Made by a program: the position numbers and the translations under genes. From NCBI GenBank assembly GCA_950097015.1, contig CATNEN010000007.1:7936001-8000000 (forward strand): 64,000 bases of DNA, read 5' to 3'. A model generated the notes under the pieces. The model made no database searches. It was not told where the DNA came from and worked only from the letters and a program-made list of their open reading frames with translations. Below, piece after piece: positions 59,801 through 64,000 of the stretch; the stretch's first letter is position 1; each line of letters starts with the position of its first letter. Source of the stretch: Macrostomum hystrix. Taxonomy: Eukaryota > Animalia > Platyhelminthes.

Positions 59801-62666
59801 CGGTGCGGGACAGCTACGGCAACACAACAGAGGAGCGAAAGCTCTTCCTCAAGAAGATGCTGCGGCCTGAGAGCACCGTGATCACGCCGGTGCAGATTCT
59901 CATCATTCTGTGGACGGCGGGTGAGTGAGATCGGGGGGGAGAAGATCAAGGATCATAGAGGAAATAATTTGGAACTCTACGAGTGAGTCTGGCTGCTTGG
60001 TGGGTAACGTGTCATAGTCTCACCTCAAAGGTCCTGAGTTCGAATCCAGGTCACAATAAATAGCAAGGGGCCTGTTGTACAATTTCTCTTAGCGGGTTAG
60101 CGGACTGGGTGCCTCTACGAAACTATAAACTTTAAAATTAAAATTTCAGGTAGCAGAATTCGGCTCCCTTCAGTCTAGTTTGACTAGAGTGTTTCAAAGC
60201 TCCTAGTTTGTTGCGGCACCGATATGTATAGAAAAATCAAATAAAAAGTGCATTATTGATTAAAATAGTTTGCTCTCAAGTAATCAAAAGAAAAAATTAA
60301 TAATATATATTTTTGGAAATCCCGTCAGGCCACCTTCTGTCGGAGATCAAGCAGGTGTACTTTCAAGGCCTGAAGGAGGTGGCGCTGAACGCATACAGCA
60401 TGCTGAACTTCTTCATCTTGACGCTGTACATCGCATCCTACACCATCCGCATCATCGTGGACCTAAAGATTAAAGAGGCCAATCATTGCTACAATGCCAC
60501 GCAGCAAGCCAACGAGTTCCTGTTGCGCAACATCTCTTACCTGAACATCACCCGCACCAAGGAGCTTGAGGAGCGCTTCAACAACTTCCTGCTGCAGCTG
60601 AGGATGAACTCCACCTGCCGGCAGTACATGTACTTCCTGGAGGCCTGTGAGCGTTGCCTGCCTTTTGCTTCTGGTCTCCGTCTCACATTCTGCGCCTTAC
60701 ACAATACTCCATATTGGACCTTCAGTATTCTGGCTCCCAGTTTAAAAAATTTCTCTTCTTATCTTTCTACCTATTTCTCTGCTCAACAGCAATCTTCTTT
60801 TTTCTGGCATCTCTGCAGCAATGGGTCTCATTGTTTCATTGTTTGACCCGCACAAGCTTGTGAGAGAATTCGATGCACCATAAAATAAATTCAAAATGAT
60901 TTCTCCTCTTCTTCTCGCAGCTCGGTTCAAATGGGTCGCCCACGATCCAGAGATCGTTTCCGACGTGCTGTTCGCCGTGGCCAACGTGCTCAGCTTCGCC
61001 CGCACCATCTTCCTCATGCCGGCCTTCGAGGTGCTCGGTCCGCTGCAGATCTCCTTCAGCCGCATGCTGAATGACATTGCCCGCTTCCTGGTGCTGTTCG
61101 CGCTGGTGAGTTTCGGCTTTGGTGGTCTGGAGTTCGACTCTCTATCAGGCGTCGTCAAAGGATACCCATTTTTACTCAACACTTCTGACTTTCACTCTAG
61201 TCGTACGAGGTTCGATTCCCGGTCTAAAATGATCAAAAAACGATATTAACAATGTACAGTTATCATACGGTTAAAAAACCATTTGGTCAAACTGTTACCC
61301 ATATTCAAACCTATGTTCCGAGGTTCGTTTCACAGTCACTTCTAGCCATGTATTTCTACTTTGGTCAGAAGATCGAGTTAAAAACCAAGCAACAGATTAT
61401 AAACTACGGAGTTATGGAATGCTACAATTTCCTCCCCTGGTGGTCGTGGGTTCGATTTATTTTTGTGAATTTGTGACCACCGCAGGTGCTGCTGGCTTTC
61501 ATGGTGGGCATGCACAACCTGTACTGGTACTACGGCCTGCAGCGCATCGCCAAGATGGTGGTGATCGGCAACCAGACGTTCGCTGTCGACGAGCCCGCTT
61601 CCGAGCCGTTCGAGGGCCTGGTTCACACCCTGTTCACAATGTTCTGGGCCATGTTCAGCAACTTCCAGCTGGCCTCCCTTCCCATCAAGCACCCGAACTA
61701 CCACGATGACATGACCTACCAGTACAAGGACGGCATGATTCGCACGAACTCGTCCACCGAAGTTGTCGAGACTGTTGGCATGACCCTCATGGCTTTTTAT
61801 CATGTGATCATCATCATTGTGCTCATCAACATGCTAATCGCCATGATGTCGCATTCTTTCGAAGACATTCAGGTGCGAAGATGAAAATCCTCCGGTCCTA
61901 AATGAGAGAATGGGGACAAAAGTACAAATCCTTAACAAGCAACGCTTCCCGAAATTGCAGAGCGAGTGCGATGTGGAATGGAAGTTCGCCCGCACGAAGC
62001 TGTGGCTGAACTACATCGACAACGGCAGCACCCTGCCTGTGCCGTACAACCTGCTGCCGACACCGCAGAGCCTCGCCCGCGCCTACAGATTCGTCAAGCG
62101 CTTCTTCTCCAACCAGAGTGTCTTCGCCAGCGAGAGCACCCGCAGCACCGCCTTCATCAAGGTGAGTTACTGGGGAAGTCTGGGCAGGTGTGACAGAGTT
62201 GGTTGTTGTTATTGCATTTTCATTCAGCACAGTCTGTTCATTGCCTGCTCATTGTGAATGACTATATTTATGAATGGCTATCCATTTATGAACTTATGAA
62301 GGTATTTTCGAGACATAGTTTGATTGTAGCTAGTCAATCAACGACAAAAAGGCTTAGAAATGATTGCCTAGCAATTAAAAATGCTGAATTTATATTTTGA
62401 TGCAAAACTTTTTATGAAAACATTGCTTTGAAATGACATCAGTGAAATTCGCATTGCTAAATATAGACTTCTAAAAGTACATTACTGATAGCGCATTCTT
62501 AAGCGCAAGTATTTCGAGTTCAGAGGGTAAATATAAGCAGAAAAAAACTACTTCGGTGAAAGTGCACCGGTAAAAGTACATCTGCCACCGCCCAACCCGC
62601 CAGGCTTGTTGCTGTTGCCTGCAGAATGAAAATGCCGAAGCTGCGACCAGAGCAGCTCGCCTGAAG
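38572..62666 (+). CDS. TRPC: Canonical transient receptor potential (TRPC family) cation channel, 3' end outside the window
   Basis: Phase-consistent exons: first exon (38572-38846, 44778-44824 or 52084-52274), then 53761-53869, 55736-56271, 57784-58102, 58595-58780, 58863-59030, 59665-59920, 60329-60646, 60921-61105, 61486-61872, 61961-62161 and probably 62625-62666. Ankyrin repeats (DYMGRNALHLAV), DITPLILAAH, TRP_2 PHVITCLCEDC/SRSRLNAYRALASP, LGPLQISFSRML, pore TMFWAMF, LINMLIAMMSHSF, TRP box EWKFARTKLW. Orthologue not assigned. Confidence 0.93.
38974..39220 (+). repeat. 5' LTR
   Basis: TGTAGCG...GCCACA, direct repeat of 43261-43507. Confidence 0.95.
39223..39234 (+). other. Primer binding site (initiator tRNA-Met type)
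   Basis: TGGTAGCAGAGC, 2 nt after the 5' LTR, complementary to the 3' end of animal initiator tRNA-Met. Confidence 0.75.
39241..40143 (+). CDS. gag: Retrotransposon Gag
   Basis: PPMFYRKHPETWFRQLESQF N-terminal motif and C-terminal CNAHIFYASKARTCRPWC zinc-knuckle-like motif. Confidence 0.9.
   Translation: MPSSKRNKHQTGPESTPAAGRHRNAMDSLEAAVLVPAPAPAPVPAPVPAPAPAATQNQEIIRSIVRPPMFYRKHPETWFRQLESQFVLSGITNSTTKYHYALSALPEEVACDITGTTNYEELKSAVLNNLRADRHLLIEEALAAVELGQRRPTQLVNDIQRRFADVGLQVDDAIVKARLIAALPTNIRCALVAHESSPLDVFAKIADGMVAVTGRPSPFVDIQSLSYADNNRNSRETTSEERYKRQQQRPLICNAHIFYASKARTCRPWCQWPGNKPKTVLRPSQSTPAHSRSASPLPNA
40149..43248 (+). CDS. pol: Retrotransposon Pol (protease, RT, RNase H, integrase), split by a +1 T in a homopolymer at 42227-42235
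   Basis: FIVDTGAERS, YVDDVLI, TSDASSFAIGA, HEISH...CLQC, VHMDLVGPL/TDQGTQF/NGMIER, PYQGPF. Confidence 0.93.
43261..43507 (+). repeat. 3' LTR
   Basis: Follows the polypurine tract at 43247-43256. Confidence 0.95.
43597..43982. repeat. About 23-bp minisatellite (ATCCTTATCTCAGGTGTGACACC)
   Basis: Tandem units. Confidence 0.9.
44778..44824 (+). CDS. TRPC candidate alternative first exon 1b (MEKSGKAGIDCSCDR)
   Basis: ATG followed by the ideal donor CAG|GTGAGT, phase 2, compatible with exon 53761. Confidence 0.45.
45113..47040. repeat. 18-bp minisatellite (AATTGATCGATTTGTAGG) with 180-bp higher-order repeat
   Basis: Tandem units; 45421-45600 equals 45601-45780. Confidence 0.95.
47780..48914. 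repeat. 35-bp C-rich minisatellite (CAAGGCCCCCTACTATCCTTCACCCCATCCCATCC)
   Basis: Tandem units. Confidence 0.95.
49488..50046. repeat. 33-bp minisatellite (CTGCAGCACAGGTGTCACAACTCTCACTGCACA)
   Basis: Tandem units. Confidence 0.95.
50160..50678. repeat. 23-bp minisatellite (CAGCACAGGTATTCTAGTTATTT)
   Basis: Tandem units sharing CAGCACAG with the adjacent 33-mer. Confidence 0.9.
51129..51397. repeat. 56-bp tandem repeat, about 4.8 near-identical copies
   Basis: Units start at 51129, 51185, 51241, 51297 and 51353. Confidence 0.95.
52084..52274 (+). CDS. TRPC candidate alternative first exon 1c (polyQ/polyG)
   Basis: ATG...AAC AG|GTGAGC, phase 2, compatible with exon 53761. Confidence 0.55.
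52258..52385. repeat. 21-bp tandem repeat containing a splice donor (GCGGGCCTGTTGAACAGGTGA) x6
   Basis: GT donors at 52275, 52296, 52317, 52338, 52359 and 52380. Confidence 0.9.
52840..53005. repeat. About 22-bp minisatellite (TTCAGATAATACTCATGGTAAA)
   Basis: Tandem units. Confidence 0.85.
53932..55352. repeat. 20-bp minisatellite (GTTGATAGATGCTTGATCTG)
   Basis: Tandem units in a TRPC intron. Confidence 0.95.
56640..56801. repeat. 11-bp minisatellite (CTACCCTGAAA)
   Basis: Tandem units. Confidence 0.85.
57450..57760. repeat. 22-bp minisatellite (CAGCCCGCTCTCACACCAATCT)
   Basis: Tandem units; the same family recurs at about 59306-59432. Confidence 0.9.
58182..58490. repeat. 47-bp minisatellite containing ATTGG and CCCGCC
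   Basis: About 6.5 units of ATTTGATTGGCTCAGACCCGCCTCCCGTTCATTCTATCCTTCGAGTC. Confidence 0.9.
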
Positions 62667-63071
62667 GTATTCTAAGCGAATTCAATATGCACTTTTATCC
62701 CCCGTGAGAACTCTGAGGACTGCACTTCTCAGTTATAATTATTTGTTTCCTGCCAGGAAAACGGAAGGCAAAACTTTGCGGCAGAAATTTGTGTTTTTAG
62801 TAGTAATGAAACAATTAGTTGAAATGCCCTGGCAATATGGAGGGCGTATAACAAGTGTACTTTATTACTATTGCTTTACTTTTCATTTTGAATACTGGCC
62901 AGCTCGTCCCCCTCACTGCGACTCCAATGTTAAAGACATGCAAAATCTGCTGCACAAACTCCCGCCTCTACGAAAATATACAGTAGAGTTTGCCCAGGAT
63001 ATTTGTTGCTAGCAATGATCCAGTACTTTCCAATAAAATCTGTGTTTTTCGCACCCTCATAATAAGAAGGA

Positions 63072-63880
63072 GTGTTTTCGGCCCTATTTTCAGCAAATAC
63101 TAAGGCATTTTGGGATGTTTTCGGCCCTATTTTCAGCAAATAATAAGGCATTTTGGGGTGTTTTCGGCCCTATTTTCAGCAAATACTCAGGCATTTTGGG
63201 GTGTTTTCGGCCCAATTTTCAGCAAATACTCAGGCATTTTGGGGTGTTTTCGGCCCAATTTTTAGCAAATACTGAGGCATTTTGGGGTGTTTTCGGCCCT
63301 ATTTTCAGCAAATACTCAGGCATTTTGGGGTGTTTTCGGCCCAATTTTCAGCAAATACTCAGGCATTTTGGGGTGTTTTCGGCCCTATTTTCAGCAAATA
63401 CTCAGGCATTTTGGGGTGTTTTCGGCCCTATTTTCAGCAAATACTCAGGCATTTTGGGGTGTTTTCGGCCCAATTTTCAGCAAATACTCAGGCATTTTGG
63501 GGTGTTTTCGGCCCTATTTTTAGCAAATACTGAGGCATTTTGGGGTGTTTTCGGCCCTATTTTCAGCAAATACTCAGGCATTTTGGGGTGTTTTCGGCCC
63601 AATTTTCAGCAAATACTAAGGCATCTTGGGGTGTTTTCGGCCCTATTTTTAGCAAATACTCAGGCATTTTGGGGTGTTTTCGGCCCAATTTTCAGCAAAT
63701 ACTAAGGCATTTTGGGGTGTTTTCGGCCCTATTTTTAGCCCTATTTTTAGCACTAAGGCATTTTGGGGTGTTTTCGGCCCTATTTTCAGCAAATACTAAG
63801 GCATTTTGGGGTGTTTTCGGCCCTATTTTCAGCAAATACTAAGGCATTTTGGGGTGTTTTCGGCCCTATTTTTAGCAAAT
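63072..63880. repeat. 42-bp minisatellite (GTGTTTTCGGCCCTATTTTCAGCAAATACTCAGGCATTTTGGG-type)
   Basis: About 19 tandem units. Confidence 0.95.
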
Positions 63881-64000
63881 GAGTTGCCATGCGGTGTGCA
63901 CTAATTAGATGACGAGGCACTCAACTAAAATCCTAACCCGGGCGGCGCTGAAACCTGCGCATTGGGATTTTACTGGGATCCAGAAACCAAGAAAATGACC

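Noticed and set aside
13737-63842. Long low-complexity ORFs (e.g. 18535-20544, 28198-29796, 30996-32621, 35624-37978, 46113-47084, 47686-48942)
   Set aside because: They are translations of minisatellites that lack stops in some frames. They often occur in several frames and on both strands and lie in introns or intergenic DNA.

Overview
Eukaryotic (metazoan) genomic DNA with GC-rich exons, GT-AG introns and roughly one third of the window (about 21-22 kb by hand count) in about 30 distinct minisatellite arrays. This composition suggests a flatworm such as Macrostomum, which is an inference only. From left to right: three clustered non-autonomous Helitrons, each with a Pif1-type helicase C-terminal fragment and a nested hAT MITE; a small single-pass membrane protein gene; a two-exon CUB-like/C-type-lectin transmembrane receptor gene; a hAT MITE nested in a minisatellite and itself containing a 48-bp palindromic micro-element; two divergently transcribed neuropeptide precursor genes, one of them PDF/cerebrin-like; an uncharacterised multi-exon gene with candidate microexons; and a TRPC cation channel gene that runs off the right edge. 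The TRPC gene has three candidate alternative first exons and a young, nearly intact Ty3/gypsy LTR retrotransposon in its first intron. Gene models were built by hand from splice consensus and reading-frame phase, without transcript evidence.
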